Program-made: the position numbers and the translations under genes
Part shown: positions 1 through 13,400 of the stretch, piece after piece
Position numbering within the stretch: the stretch's first letter is position 1
How the letters are laid out: each line of letters opens with the position of its first letter
The notes under the pieces: generated by a model
Database searches by the model: none
The model's input: the letters and a program-made list of their open reading frames with translations, nothing else
Told to the model about the DNA's origin: nothing
Assembly (NCBI RefSeq): GCF_963921235.1
Contig: NC_086097.1
Span: 37,698,001 to 37,762,000, forward strand
Source: Mobula hypostoma
Taxonomy: Eukaryota
Length of the DNA stretch: 64,000 nucleotides
Reading direction: 5' to 3'

Positions 1-945
1 AGGGGCTCCTGTATTGAGAGTCAGAGGGTTGGAGGTGAGGGAGCCCACTCTTACAACCTGCTGGCAATCAGACTGGAAGTCCAGGATCCAGCTGCACAAG
101 GCAGGGTCAAGGCCGAGGTCTCTGAGCTTCTTGTCGAGCCTGGATGGAACTATGGTGTTGAATGCTGAACTGTAGTTCAAGAACAGCGTTCCCACATAAG
201 CCTCCTTCTTCTCCAGTTGTGTAAGGACAGTATGTAGAGCAGTGGCTATTGCGTCATCTGTCGAATGGTTGTGTTGGTAGGCAAATTGTAGGAGGTCCAG
301 TCTGGGTGGTAGCAAGCTGCAGCTGTAATCCTTGACCAGCCTCTCAAAGCATTTGCTTATTATTGAGGTGAGTGCGACAGGATGCCAGTCATTCAGGCAT
401 GTCACCTTGGTCTTTTTTGGTACAGGGACAATGGTGGATACTTTGAAGCAGGAGGGCACTCTACACTGGGAGAGGGAGAGATTAAAAATGTCAGTAAACA
501 CACCTGCCAGTTGTGCTGCACATCCTGAGTACTCGCCCTGGGATGCCGTCTGGTCCTGCAGCCTTGTGACTATCCACTCGTTGGAAACATCTGCGTACCT
601 CAGCCTCAGATGACCAGGTTGCAGGTTGTAGCGGTGGCTTTCCACGGAGGCTCAGAGTTAGCGACATCGAACCGAGCATAAAAACAATTGAGCTCATCTG
701 GGAGAGAGGCCACGATGTTGGCAGCACCACAACGTTTGGCTTTGAAGTCTGCGATGGTATGCAGCCCTCGCCACAAGTCACGTGTGCTATTCGTTGTGAA
801 TCTTGACTCAGTCTTCTCCCTATATTGTTGTTTTTCAGCCTTGATAGCTTTGCTGCTTTTCTTGAGCTCTAGTTGATCGTCAACAATGTAAACTTCATGT
901 TGTGTTGTAAGTGCTGCTTGCACAGAACTATTAAGTGAAGTTCTC
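1..945 (-). mobile_element. Rex1/Babar-type LINE fragment (pre-RT and RT N-terminus), degenerate
   Basis: ORF pieces SLPDELNCFYARFD and [14 protein letters not shown]. Confidence 0.75.
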
Positions 946-3485
946 CTCATTTTCCCTTAAACATTTCACCTTTAACCCTTAACCCATGACCTGTAGTTGT
1001 AGTTTTACCCAACCTCAGCAGAAAAAGCCTGCTTCCGTTTACCCTGTCTATGCCCCTCATAATTTTATATACCTCTATCAAATTTCCCCTCAGTCTTCTA
1101 CAGTCCAGGGAATAAGGTCCTAACCTATTCAACCTTTCTCTAAAGGTTGTAAATATTCTCTGCACTCTTTCAAAATTATCAACATCTTTCCTGTAGGTAA
1201 GAATACTACAAATTAGGCCTCACCACTAGTGTCGTATACAATTTCAACCTAATATCCCAATTCCTTTAGTCAATACATTGATTTATGAAGGTCAATGTGT
1301 CAAAAGTCTTTGTTAGCCACTTTCAAGGAGTTATGGATCTATATTCCAAGACCCCTTTGTTCTACTGCACTCCTCACAGTGTACGGCCTACCCTGATGGC
1401 CTTCCCAAAGTACCTCACACTAGTCTACATTAAATTCCATATGCCATTTTTCAGCCCATTTTTCCAGCTAGTCCAGATCCCATTGCAAGCTTTGATAGTC
1501 TTCCCTGCTATCCACTACATCCCCAATCTTGGTAACATCTGCAAATTTGCTGATCAAATTTACTATATTATCGTCCAAATCGTTGATATAGATGACAAAC
1601 AACAACAGACCTAGCACTGATCCCTGCTCACACCACTGGTCACAGCCCTTCAGAGAGGCAACCATATAGTACCACTCTCTGACTTCTCCCATGAAGCCAA
1701 TGATTAATCCAATTTACTGTCTCATCTTGAATGCCAAGTAACTGAACCTTGGGATTCAAGGTTCTTTGGATTATTCTTCAACTTGTCTGCTGCAGCAACC
1801 TCGTGTCTTCTTTTAGGCCTCCTAATTTCCTTCATGAATGTTCTTTTGCATTTCTTATACTTCAGGTACCTCATTTGTTCCTGTCTTCCATACCTTCTAT
1901 GCACCTCCTCATTTTTCTTAATCAGGGCTTCAACATCTCTTGAAAATGAAGGTTCCATAAACCCTGTTATCCTTTTATTCTTATAGGAACATGCAAACCC
2001 TGGTTTCTTCAAATTAAAGTCTTCCCATTTCCAAGTACAGCTTTGCCAGGTAAACAACCCATCCTGATCCACACTTGCCAGATCCTTTCTGATACAATCA
2101 AAATTGGCCTTTTTCCAATTTAGAATCTTAACCTGAGAACCAGACCTATCCTTTTACATAATTACTTTGAAACTAATGGCATTAAGATCACCAGATGCAA
2201 AGTGTTCTCCTACACAAACGTCTGCCACCTGCCCTGTCTCATTCCTAATAGGAGATCAAGTATCACACAATCTCTAGTTGGGATATCTACGTACTAATTA
2301 AGGAAACTTTCCTGAACACATTGAACAAACTGTTCCCCATTCAGCCCTTTTACAGTATGGAAGTCTGTGTCAATATATGGAAAGTTAAAATAACCTACTA
2401 TCACAATCTTGTGTTTCTTGCAACAGTCTGCAATTTCTCTACAAATTTGCCTCTTTAAATTCTGCAGCTGTTGGGTGGTCTATAATATAATCCTATTTAC
2501 ATGGTCATATCTTTCTCATTCCTCAGTTCTACCCCTAAAGCCTCACTAGACAAGCTCTCCAGTTTGTCCTGATTGAACACTGCTGTGAAATTTTACTCTC
2601 TAGTATTGTCACCCTCCCCCTTTAGTCCTCCCAACTCAATCATATCTAAAACAACGGAATCCTGGAACACTGAGCTACCAGTCCCGTCTCTCCTACAACC
2701 AAGTCTCATTAATGGCTACTATGTCATAATTCCATGTATTGATCCATCCCCTGAGCTCACTTACCTTTCCTGCAATACTCCTTGCATTGAAATATGTGCA
2801 GCTCAGACGTTAGTCCCACCATGCTCAAACCTTTTGATTCCTGACGTTGTATGTAGGCTTAACATCTTTCTCCACATATACTCCACTATCTGATCTGGCA
2901 CTCAGGTTCCCATTCCCCTGAAACTCTTGTTCAAACCCCCTTGTGCAGCACTAGCAAGCCTTCCCACTAGGATACTAGTCCCTTCTGTACGGGTCCCACC
3001 TTCCTTGAGTCTGAAGACCTCAGCTACATGTTAAACTGTATGATCTTCTTGTTTCTGGCCTCAGTAGTACGTGACTTGAGTAGCAATCCTGAATCTCAAC
3101 CCTGAAGGTCCTTCCTTTAACTAAGCACCTAATTCCCTGAATTCACTTTGCAGAGCCTCGTCACCAATCCTATCCATGTCATTGGTACTGATGTGGACTA
3201 CAACCTCTGGCTGCTCACCCTCCCATTTACAAACGCTGTGGACTCAATCTGAGATGGCCCTGACCCAGGCACCTGGGAGGCAACAAACCATTAGGGAATT
3301 TTGTTCTCATTCACATAGTCTCCTCTCTGTTCCTCTAACCAATGTCTCCTCTATCATATAACTTGCTTCTTCTCCTCCTTTTTCCTTTGAGCCACAAACC
3401 CAGACTCGGTGTCAGAGATCTCCAGGCTGTGGCTTCTCCCTCCCCCCAACAGTATCCAAAATGGTATACTAATTATTGAGGGGAA
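946..3485 (-). mobile_element. Decayed CR1 LINE (ORF1 end, endonuclease and RT remnants)
   Basis: GSVLGLLLFVIYINDLD..ISKFADVTKIG and YSLDCRRLRGNLIEVYKIM; similar to the CR1 copies at 60-64 kb. Confidence 0.85.
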
Positions 3486-4639
3486 CAGTTTTGTGTTAAT
3501 GACTTTAGCTATGAAGAATGTCCACGTCATCTGCTCTGTGATGAATATTGTTGACTGTTGGAGAAATCTTGCTTAAAAAATACTGCTTTTTACTTGAAAA
3601 GATAATATCAACAGATATGGAAGCTTTTGCATAAATAGGCATGATTTCTGAACAGTGAATGAAAAGAAAAATAATGTATCTTTGTAGCAAGGAAATCAAC
3701 TGTGAATTTTTCACGAACCACAAAGGGAGATCTTTCCTGATAGCTTACTGATAAGTAGACAACTTGCAAGCTACAGTCGCTGTAAAGTCTCTACAGTGCC
3801 AGAACTACACTGAAATGACCAAAATTGGCAACTCTGAACAGACTTGTTTGCTTCTGCGTCAAAAAGTATCAGATTTAGTTTGATAATAATGAAATTCAGC
3901 AAAATAACTACAAACATAAGAACACATTCCTGGAGTGGGAACGTTGTTACTCTTGTGGGAAAAAATAGAAAATAAAAGGAACTATCCTCAGTCATCTGAA
4001 ATTCTAAGTCCAGCAGAACATTTCTTAACTAAAACCTTGAATCTGGGAGGCAACTTACAAAAAAAAAGTGACACTTACGGATTAATTTGTCCTGTTAAGA
4101 TCATGAATGGCCTAAAAACCCAAGACTGATCCCACTGCATTTCAACATATCCAGGACAGAGAGGCAATCAGTGCTTGCTAGAAGGAAGTCCTTAAATGGG
4201 ATTTGTTTTTTGATTCTTGACTTGATCCCAAACCAAACTTGCCTGTCTGCCTCTGACTGGCAAGAAGTCAAAATGACAAATAGAAAAACAAAAAAAAACT
4301 TGGTAGCAGATGGTACTACTTTACTTTACCTAAATTTTGAAACTTGGCAGAGAAATTTTCAGTCGCAACTGCATCTCCCAAGTGTGGGTAAAAAAAGATG
4401 CCAGAGATACTTCAAAGGCATAACCATTTTTTAAGGTGGTGACAAATCCAACTGCAGAGGGGTCTGCCTGTTTTGGAATAAGCAACAACATTTCAAGTCT
4501 TCTTCACCCCCCCCCCCCCAACCGTAGCTCGGTTCCCTTTGTGAATTGAAACTTCTGTGTGCATTCCTTTTTGGACTAATCAAGATATACTTCCTGGATT
4601 CAGTCACATGGCTGGAAATCTTTTCAGGTGATGAACTGT

Positions 4640-6240
4640 TTTGAGAGTTTGGTGATGAAGCACATCAACGCCTCCTTAGAGGCAACTTGGATCCACTCCC
4701 AATTTACCTATCATCACATAGGTCCACAACAAATGCCATTTCACTAGTTCTTCACTCAACCCTAGAACACCTAGACAGTGAAGACAGAGGATGCTTTTTA
4801 TTGACTACAGCTTGACATTCAATACGATCATCCCCGCAAAACTAATTAATAAGCTTCAAGACCATGGCTTCAACACATAGAAAACCTACAGCACAATACA
4901 GGCCCTTTGGCCCACAAAGCTGTGCCAAACATGTCCTTACCTTAGAGCTACCTAGGCTTACCCATAGCCCTCTATTTTTCTAAGCTCCATGCTCCATGTA
5001 TCCATACAGGAGTCTCTTAAAAGACACTGTTGCTTCCGCCTCCACCACCACCACCACCACCAGCAGCCCATTCCACACACCCACCACTCTCTGCATTAAA
5101 AAAAATTTACCCGACATCTTCTCAGTACCTACTTCCAAGCACCTTAAAACTATGCCCTCTCGTGCTAGCCATACCTGCTTGTGCAATTGAATCCTTAGTT
5201 TCTTTATTTGTAGACCCCAGTCAATTTGTGTTGGCAATAACATCTCCTTTATAATCTTCATCAGCACAGATGAACCACAAGGCCATATTTGAGTTTGCTG
5301 ATGACACCACTGTCATAGGCTGAATCAAAGGTGACAAATCAGCAGATAGGAGGGAGATTGAAAATCTAGCTAAGTTGTGCCCTAACAACTACCTCACACT
5401 TGTTAAAAAAAAATCTAAGACCAAGCAGATGATTATTGACTTCAGGATAAGGGCCATGAGCCAGTCCTCATCAGGGGATCAAAGGTGGAGAGGGTCAACA
5501 ACATTAAATTCCCTGGTGTTATCATTTCAGAAGACCTGTCCTGGGCCCAGCACTCAAGTGCAATTACTAAGAAGGCATGCCACCGCCTCGACTTCCTCAG
5601 AGGTTTGCTAAAATTCAGCATAACATTCTAAACCTTGAAATGTGAGATGGAGAGTACATTGACTTCTGCATCATGGCCTGGTATGGAAATACCAATGCTC
5701 TTAAATGGAAAAGCCTGCAAAAAATAGTGGATAGGGCCAGTCCATCATGGGTAAAGCCCTCCCCACCATTAAGCATATCTACATAGAGCGCTGTCCCAGG
5801 GAAGCAGTATCCATCATCAAGGACCCCCACCAACCAGGCCATCCTCTCCTCCTGCTGCTGCCATTGGAAGCTACAGGAGTCTCAGGACTCTCACCACCAG
5901 GTTCAGGAACAGTTTTTACCCCTCATGCATCAGACTCTTGAACCAGTGGAATAACTTCACTAAACCCGTCACTGAACTAGTTCCCTCATCTCAGGACTCA
6001 TTTTCAAGTACTCTTTACCTCATGTTCTTGATATTTATTGTTTATTTATTTATTTTATATTTGCACAGTTTGTTGTCTTTTCTATATTGGTTGTTTGTCT
6101 GCCCTGTTGGGTTCAGTCTTTCATTGATATTATAGTTGTCGGACATACCAAGTATGTCCGCAAGCAAACGAACCCCAAGGTTGTATATTGTGACATATAT
6201 GTACTTCGATGATAAATTAACTTTGGACTTTGAACTGTAT
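4640..6240 (+). mobile_element. Rex1-like LINE 3' fragment interrupted by an antisense CR1 3' end (~4875-5165)
   Basis: tttgctgatgacaccactgtc (FADDTTV), KTKQMIIDFR, (TTTGAAC)-like tail near 6230; nested FFLMQRVVGVWNGL CR1 motif. Confidence 0.7.
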
Positions 6241-7257
6241 GAGAATTTCCACTGAGTGGTAGGAATAGAAAAATGAGGCACTGCAAGACTAAAGCAGCCA
6301 ATAGAATCATCAGAAATCATCTAAATATATTATAGGCCATCTTATCTTTTTCAATAGATTTATATTTGGAGTTCTATTTCCAGTATTGCTGAATGCTAAG
6401 TTTAACCCATTGTAAAAGAAGTATTTCAAATTGTTTGGAAGCCACAAGAAAGATAGTTATTTTCATCCGAGAAACACTGAAAGAGCACATTTGTAATGGT
6501 GTTTAGGGAAAAGAGGTAATAAAGAAAAAAGAGAAAAACACAAAAAGATGCCTATTATTGAATCAAACTGTGCAGAAACAGACTGTTTGGGCTCACTGAG
6601 TCCAAGTTGTCCATCAAGTATCTGTTTACATTAGTCATATTTTATTCTCCCTGCAGAGGTTCTGGCTACTGGAGTTGTGCCAGACAACTGGAGAATAGCT
6701 ACAGTATTGGTATTTAAAATGAGATGAATGGGTAAAACAAATAATTATAAACTAGCTGGTTTAGCTCGGTGATGGACAAGTTTTTGGAAACCATTCAGGG
6801 ATTAAAAAAATAAAATGTTCAGGGTTGTTTTCTTTGGAACAGAGGAGGATAAAGGGAGCCTTTCAGTGTATAGAATGAGGAGCAATAAGAAAAAAATATT
6901 TCCGTCAGCAGAGGGAAGAAGAAACAAAGGGCATAGAGTTAAAATATTTAGTAAAATCATTAAAAGGGAGATGAGGAATTTTATTTCTTTGACACATGCA
7001 CAATGTGAGATTTCTTGTAGTTTTTTATCATTTATGTAAACTGACAGTGACTTTTTTTCTGCAAAATCCCCAATGAGCATATTTGAACACAGGCAAAGAT
7101 GGTGGAGACCTGATGTAATGGATTTCTCCCCAATTTTCCAATCAAGAACACACATTCAAGATTCGGGCTAGCTTGAGGAATGTAATTATTAATGCATGAA
7201 ACATGTTAATTTGTTAATTGTTTTGAAATGTAATAGCATAAATTTAATTTCTGACAG

Positions 7258-7410
7258 AAACCAAACTCTGTAAGAAAGTTGTATGGATAACAGGAGCCTC
7301 ATCTGGAATTGGAGAGGAATTAGCATACCAACTAGCAAAATTAGGGGCTTCACTAGTACTCTCTTCAAGGAGAGAAGCTGAACTGCAACAAGTTAAACAA
7401 AACTGCCTTG
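7258..7410 (+). CDS. DHRS7: DHRS7 coding exon 2 (Rossmann TGxxxGxG)
   Basis: ctgacag|AAACC...TGCCTTG|gtaag; encodes [50 protein letters not shown]. Confidence 0.95.
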
Positions 7411-10400
7411 GTAAGAAAAAATGTTTTGAATAACGATTGATATAAATTAATGGAAGAACACTTGGAAAATTAAGTTGTAAATTAATGTAGTAATGTGTTT
7501 TGCCAGCAGGTCACTTACCCTAATATTACTGGAAGAAAAAATACTGGAATCTATTAAGGAAGTGGTAATAGGCACTAAGCAAAATAGTAATAGGATTGGA
7601 CAAAGAGCATGGTTTTAATGAAGAAAAAGCATGTTTGATAAATATGATGGAATTTTTGACATTTTAAGGCTAAACCAGATAACGTGTTATATTTGGACTT
7701 GCAGAAAGCCTACAGTGAGGTATCATGAATGAGATTATTAAAAGGTCATAGTATATGGTATTGGGCTAAGATAATTGAAAAGACTGAAGATAATAGGGAT
7801 AATGGGTCATTTCTAGATTACAGGCTGTAACCAGTGGGCTGCCTCATGAATTGTGTTCATAGTCAGTGAAACTGATTTGAGTGAGGGGACCAGTGTAATC
7901 TATCCATATCTTCCCATATGCAATGCAAGTGGGATGTGAGGAGGATGCAAAAAAGGGGTGGGGGGGGGGGGGAAATCATATGAAATATGAAATCACCCAA
8001 TTTGACGGGGGGAAAAAAGGGGAAGTATTTTTTAAACAGAGAGAGATTGAAAGCTGCATGTGTTTAGGACGCTCTTTAACTGGAGCACTGAGAACAAGCA
8101 TTATACATTATTTTGGAGGTCTAGCAAGCATTCAGGTATCACGTGGTACTTTGGCCTATTATGTAATGCACTGTTGAGTGTTACGCATAGAGAATACGCT
8201 TGCAGTGGAGGTTATAGCAAAGATTCACAAGATTAATCCTTTGGGTTTCTTCTAGGCTGAGGGATTAGGTGCACTAACTCAAGTTTAGAAAGATGAGAGG
8301 TGACAGCTCAATAGACTTTTAAAAAAAAAGACATTAAGGGATCAAGAAAATAGCGATGAGGTTAAAGTACAGCTTGAACAGGTGGAATGGTGGCATATGG
8401 ATGAGGGGCCAACTGTCCAACCCTACCTATTTCTTGTGTTCTGATGTGCTGCTCTGAACACCACCCTAACTATGCTCACTTTTTCCTCATCTTCTTCCAG
8501 TTCAATTGAAAGATCAATGCATCATGCTGCGAGAGACACAAGAGACTGCAGATGCTGCAATCTGGAGCAACAATCTGCCTATGTTCCACTAGCATGATAA
8601 ATTGAATTTGTTTCTGTCTTTTTGGGTTCTGCCTTATCTTTTAGATTTGTGGTTTATTGCTTTACGATTGTTTTAATATTTTTTATGTGACTTATATATA
8701 TGTTTCATTTTGTAGATTGTAGTGAATTACAAGAAGAGGATATTCTTGTTTTGTCACTAGACCTGAATGAATGCAGTACCCATGAGGCTGCAACAAAAAG
8801 AGTTATCCAGCAATTTGGTAAAGTATGTTCCTTAATGATTATCTGTTATTGATTTTTAGAGTTGTTATTCCTTCTTAAATGATTCATAAAGAGTAGAATG
8901 GGAAATGTTTCTTTACTTTAAAAAAGTCCAATCTGACCAGAAAGTTACTTCAATGTGTAATGTAATATACACAAGTGCAATGGAGAGGAATAAAGAGCTT
9001 ATGTGTTGGACCAAGACCCTTCATCGAGACTTAAGGGATGCCAGAATAAGCAGGTGGGGGGAGTGGAAAGAGTACAAGCTAGAAGGTGCAGAGGAAAGTA
9101 GATGGATGGGAGAAGGTGGATGAAATTAGAAGCTGCGAGGTGAAAGGTAGAAAAGGTAAAGGGCTGAAGGAAAAAGAATCTGATAGGAAAGGAGAGTGGG
9201 TTGTGGTGGAAAGGGAAGGAGGGAGGTGATACATTAGTGAGGAGAAGAGAAGGGGTAAGAGGGGAGCCAGAATGCGAAATGGAAAAAGAGAGGAGGGGAG
9301 GGAGGGAGAAATACCAGAAGTTAGAGAAATCAATGTTCATGCCATCAGGTTGCAGGCTATCCAGATGGAATATTAAGTGTTGCTCCTTCAACCTGAGAGT
9401 AGAAGAGGTTGTGAACTGACATGTTGTAATGGGAAGGGGCTGTGGAATTAAAATGGTTGATCACTGGGAAATCCTGTCAAGCACCTTAGCTCCATCTACA
9501 GCAAGCAGGATTTTCTGATTCCAGCCATTTTAATTTGATTTTTAGATAGCAGATTCTACTTTGATTTAGCATCTCCCAATGACCTTTAAGTTGTTTCCCA
9601 ACAAAGCAACAGGGACCATAATTAAAAAAATACTCTGCCACGATTTTTCAGCATTGTGGTACAGCCACCTGGTTTTTCTTGTGTTCTTTTGGTGAAACTA
9701 AGATAAGGTTTTAAAGTCACAGACGCATTTTTCAACATGAAAAGATATTGAAGGCAATTGGAATGTCCATAACTGTTCAGGCTTTTGCAGTTTATTTTAT
9801 ACCAAAGCAATTGATATCTCCACACCATTGCAACGTAGAACTGAGTCTTAAAAGTTGATTGGGCTTTTAACTTTTAGGCATTAGACAATGGCATTTATCT
9901 TCAGAGACTAACTGGAATCCAGTATGTGTCTTATCATTCAACATCCTTTGAAGAAGTAGTGAGATAAAAATAAAATTTTATAGCCCCATTAATATACACT
10001 GAAAAATCTTTCATATCTTTCCGTTATTTTGAATGTTTTCCATTCAAATTTATCTGCCTTTCAAATTGAGATACATTATGTATGATTCTCCATAAAGGAT
10101 AAATAACTGATAATCTGAAAATCTAAACAAACTATTAGCAACTTTGGGGGGAAACAAAACTGACGTTCTGTGCTTAAATTTTCATGAGAACTTAAAAAAA
10201 GGAAACTAATAAGGACATAAACCATTTAATTCATTATTTATTTCAGATGAAGGGTTACATTTGATATTAGAATTTGTCTAGTTCCTCCATGCTGCTGATT
10301 GTACTATTGTTTATTTATGGCATCTGTGTGTTTAAAAAATTGTAATTGATAAATAATGCATCTTAAGTTGTGTATGCCATTTACCCATAGATTTATATAT

Positions 10401-13400
10401 ATTTATTTTTAAGTAGCAATCAGTACCAGCTGCCCTTAACCATGTGTAAATGGTACAATCTGAAATAATTATAACAATATTTACTTTTGTCTTTACTATT
10501 TTTTTCTGTCATTATAAACCCATCTAAATGTCAAGAATATGGACAAGACTATAGAGCAATACTGATAAGCAGTGATTCTGTGTATCATTTTTCAGTTACT
10601 TCAACAAATATTCAAATGACCTTAAAATTGTATCCACAATTTTATAGATGTTAGTTTAGTTTGTGCAGAATTGAAGAGAAAAATAAAATATATAGTTTTG
10701 GGACATTTGTCAATGCTGCACCTTGGTAAGGTTTGGTAAAAGTTGTCTTGCGCATGCAGAATAATATATTAAAAAAAGTATTAACTGTTTGTGATGACTG
10801 AGGTAAACTATAATACAAACTAGTGACCAATTGGTTAAAATAATTTTTTTAAACAATCACCTTAATTTCCCCTATTTCCCAATGTGAAGGCTAAATGAGA
10901 ACCAGAACACATTTGACTTTTTGAGATTACCCTGCCAAGAAACTTTATTTCTCCATTTTAATTATCGTTGACATTTTCCAAATTTTTATATGTGCTAAGA
11001 AAAAGTTGTATATGGTAATCTGAATCATGGGCTGATTTCCTGGATCTCACTCAAAACAAGTAGAACGGTATAATTTGGTGATTACAGAAGACGCACGTTA
11101 GGATTTTTATGCTGAAACTATTGTTTAACCAAGAAATACTCAAACTTACTATTGCATATTATCTTTGATATTTTTCAGATCGACATTTTGGTCAATAATG
11201 CTGGACGTTCTCAGCGGTCCCTTTTTCTGGACACATGCTTTGATGTTTACAAAGCTATTATGAAACTAAACTTCTTTGGTACAGTGTCAATGACCAAGTG
11301 TGTTTTACCCTACATGGTTAAACAGGGGCAAGGACAGATAGTCACTGTCAGTAGTTTGGCTGGCCTGGCTGCAGCACCGGCTTCTACAGGATATGCAAGT
11401 AGTAAACATGCTCTTCAGGTAGTCGGTTTAACAGAGTTTGGTGATTATTTTGGGTATTACAATTTTAACAAATTGACTATTATTCTTCAGCAGTTAGTTT
11501 TTGAATGGTGTAGAGTTATTAATTTTGCATGAATCTTTAATTTAAGAACGTAACCTTTAAAAATGCTTGTAGTTTTGATAAAGAACTGAATGTATATAAT
11601 TAAGGATAATTAAAATTGTATTATTAAAAAGTTAAATTTTAATTCAAATTCTGAACGTATTGCTCTATCAGCAAAAAGTAGTTGTCTCCCAAAAAAGGAA
11701 AAAAAGTATTCTTTTGTTTTTGTAAGATGCTGTGCATTGCATTGATAATGTCAGCAGAAACACAATGTATTTGCTCCATTATCAAGTACAAGCACAACTG
11801 TAAATCCTTGGAGATACTTGGATCTGATTTATTTTTGTTTACAGTAGCAAACTCTCTGCTGTTAAAGCACAAATTGATTTCAGCAAGGAAGTGCAATAGT
11901 CCTGTCAAGTTTATATCAGCACAATGTAAGAGCAATCCAGCGGATCCCACTGCTGCCCTCTTCCCAAAGCTCTACAAACTCTTTCAGCATTTATCCAACT
12001 CCTTCAGATAGTTGCCGTTCAGTATTTCTGGTGATGAATGCTCAGCCATGCCATTTTTCCTCATTTAAAAAGAAAAGTTTTTCATCATGTTGGTTTTGGT
12101 TCTTTTCCAGTCTTTTTCTTTCCATGTCATCTCTGTCAATGGGGCTAGTTTCTCTTTATCCTCTCTGCCTAAGGCTTTACGTTCTTATCTTCCCAGTTCT
12201 AAAGAAAACAATTACAGTTTCTCCGGTCCATCCATAACATTGAAGTCTATCACTAGAATTATTTCAGTGAAACTCTTCTCAACCCTGTCTAAAGCCTTGA
12301 CATCGATAATAAAGTTTTGGCTGAGCCAGTGATCTGTAGAAATGCAATATAACCTTGTACTCTTATTGTTCAATTTATAAGGCATGCTATTATAACAACT
12401 CCTCAAACAGCCCCGTCACTTTCAATTCGTTATGTACTTATTCCCCAAGTCCCTTTTCTCCCACTTGTCCTTATTAGAATTATGCCTCCTTGTTTATAAT
12501 AGCTTCTTCTCATTTTCCTACCAAAATGATACACTTTACATTTCTCAGCATTAATTTATCCATTTCTATCCGGCTGTCTAAATCCCCTTTAGGTTTAATT
12601 GCTGTCTCTTCCACAATTCACAATGCCTTTAAGTTTTCTGTCACTTGCAATTTGTAAATTGTGACCTGTACACTGAAATTTGAGAAAAGCAGTGGTACTA
12701 ATATTGACCTCTGGGGAGCTCTACCATAAAGCCCTTGAAACTGCAAAACAACCTTGTACAACTCTTTTCTATTTTCTGTTATTGAGCCACCTTTTTCCTT
12801 ATGGCACCACAGCCTCTTCTGTTCCATGGATTTCAGGATTGAAAACAAGCCCAGTACGTGGCACTTCATTCAATGCCTGTTGGATGTCCATATCTATCAT
12901 TTCAACTGCATTTCTGACATGGACTCTTGTTACTTAATCTAAAAAATTATATTGAATCAGTCGGACACAACTTGCCTTTTTAATAAAAAGTCCACACTGG
13001 CTTACTTTGCTTAATCTCCACTTGTGCATATGATTACTAATTCTGCCCTTGACTATTGTTTCTAAACTTTCCCCACAATTAGGGTTAGGCCTACTTGATT
13101 GCTGTCAAGTGCTGGGTTTATCCCTGCACAAAATAAGGTTTAATGTTTGTATGTTCCAGTTCTTGGGCACCACCTCAAATCTGTAGATATTTGAAAGACT
13201 CTAACCAGGCCATTGTAGTTTTCTCCCTTATTTTCTTCAAAGATCTTGCATGCATTCCATCTGGACCAAGTAATTTATAAGCCCATTTGGAAACTTAATT
13301 GCATGATCCTTTCCTAAGACTCCAGTAGAAAATATAATATTTTCATTAATCACACATAAATTAAATCACTCAAGTATTTTTGTGCAAATATGTAGAACAG

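Noticed and set aside
4171..4434. ORF containing LVADGTTLLY, resembling the ADGDLTLLW motif of DHRS7 exon 1
   Set aside because: No hydrophobic N-terminal anchor before it and no suitable donor after it; exon 1 is more likely upstream of the window
11639..12011. Overlapping ~100-aa ORFs in a DHRS7 intron
   Set aside because: No splice-compatible role in the gene model and no recognisable motifs
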